Part shown: positions 62,658 through 64,000 of the stretch, piece after piece
Position numbering within the stretch: the first letter of the stretch is position 1
How the letters are laid out: every line of letters starts with the position of its first letter
DNA from: Amphiscolops sp. MND2022
Lineage: Eukaryota
Length of the DNA stretch: 64,000 nucleotides
Assembly: GCA_964187785.1 (NCBI GenBank)
Contig: OZ076409.1
Span: forward strand, 1,116,001 to 1,180,000
Direction: 5' to 3'
Made by a program: the position numbers and the translations under genes
The notes under the pieces: model-generated
What the model saw: only the letters and a program-made list of their open reading frames with translations
Databases searched by the model: none
Told to the model about the DNA's origin: nothing

Positions 62658-64000
62658 TTCGAAGAGGTATCAATGCAAACAATCACATCCCCATTGCAAT
62701 CTGAAACAGAACTATAGTTAAGAAGAAGAGATGCATTAACCTTCGGGATGTGGCAGTACAAATGACTTTCTATCATTGATTCCAGAACAAAGTAAATAGT
62801 ATTTAAAAAATTGACACAGAAGAAAGGCAAGTGAGGATTGCAGAGTTATAATAATTAATCGATGCTTGCAATAAAGCCAGCCAACGCGTTTATAACATGC
62901 TTGTTTTCGCAATTTAGCAAACCAACTAGCGTTTCTTCAATGTTTTGATTTTGAAGCTCCTTAATGAAACTCCTTCGGTGTTCTTGGTATGAGACACAGG
63001 AAAAAAAGAAATGTGCAGTATCATAGACAACTTTACAATAGGGAACTTTCCTAGGATATGGTGCAAGCATTTTCATGATGCTGTTTCTTACTTTAAGCCC
63101 TGAGTAATTTGAGTACATAAGACCTTGCTTCATTTCTCGTTGCCATAAGTGGGTGGGCGGAAATAGGTCGGAAGAAAATCAGAGTTAGTCCTCAGGTCGA
63201 CATACCAATTTTTGGAAGGGATCGAAACAACTTGGATCGAAATTTTTATAACGTAGTCAGATATGTTCACATACCCCTAGTGCCCTGAATGCAGGAGCGA
63301 AGCGAAGCGGAGCGACGTGCCATATGGCCATGCCTCAATGTTGCTACTTGGCAAAGGGAGCAAAGCGACCGAGCCATACATCAAATACGATAAAATTCGA
63401 CCGCATGCCATTCGATCCCTGCAATTCGATCAAAAGGTTCGACCTCTGTCCTGTAACGTCCTCAATACGAAAACGTGTTTATAGTAGAATTAATTCTATG
63501 TCCATATAGAAGAAATGTTTATTTGAATTTATGAATGTATTCAATGTGAGATATAGCTCTGGGAATTTCGACAATAGGCGAAAAGCAAATGACCAACTTC
63601 TCATATCGCTTGAATACCCTTTATCTTTATGATAGTCTGGCGAAGTCCGCAGATATCTGAAGGTTTTTATATTTTCTCAATACAGTCCGTCGAAACCCGA
63701 CGGTTTCTTACTTACTTTGGATACCTTACTGTCGAACCCCGACAGTTGGTTAACTTAGGATTGTCGATCCCCGACAACCCTTATTCGAATATGTCTGATA
63801 ACAATAATTTGTTTCTCATCGTAAATCTGTCCGAACGTGTGACGTTTATTCATTTTTAATTTTTCCAAAATTCTTTATATAGGTTTCCTATATTGCCCTC
63901 CTCTATAAGAGAGGTTATTCGCCGCTTAGAAGAAATAAACAAGCAAACATTAAAACACGCAAATCATTAGTCTTTGCTGTTGTTTTTAAAACTGAGAAAC

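Larger units (their letters stand above)
58986..64000. repeat. 3188-bp-period tandem duplication (58986-60812 matches 62174-64000, running off the window)
   Basis: ORF pairs offset by exactly 3188 (59469/62657, 59945/63133, 60136/63324). Confidence 0.95.

Overview
AT-rich, repeat-dense animal (invertebrate-type) nuclear DNA; no prokaryotic features or CRISPR arrays. All recognisable host genes are on the minus strand: the 5' part of a ZFR/Zn72D-like zinc-finger RNA-binding gene (exons 5-6 tandemly duplicated), an adhesion-type GPCR, a 3-exon C2H2 zinc-finger gene, an intronless ATG9, and two intronless J-domain ORFs caught in a 3.19 kb tandem duplication that also creates an ATG9/J-domain chimera. 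Introns are filled with Tc1/mariner-, hAT-, piggyBac- and Mutator-type MITEs, a Helentron-like family, LINE fragments and a decayed BEL/Pao LTR element containing a 3 x 1.8 kb array. Main discovery: after rebuilding exons by hand (reading frame and phase), most introns in three unrelated genes have a 5' end that is the reverse complement of a stretch just upstream of their own 3' AG. Each stem sequence is unique to its intron, and the ends are 0.8-14.4 kb apart. These introns also have degenerate or non-GT donors (GC, GG, GA) and purine-rich acceptors without a polypyrimidine tract. This suggests splice-site pairing guided by RNA structure. All gene models are manual inferences without RNA evidence.
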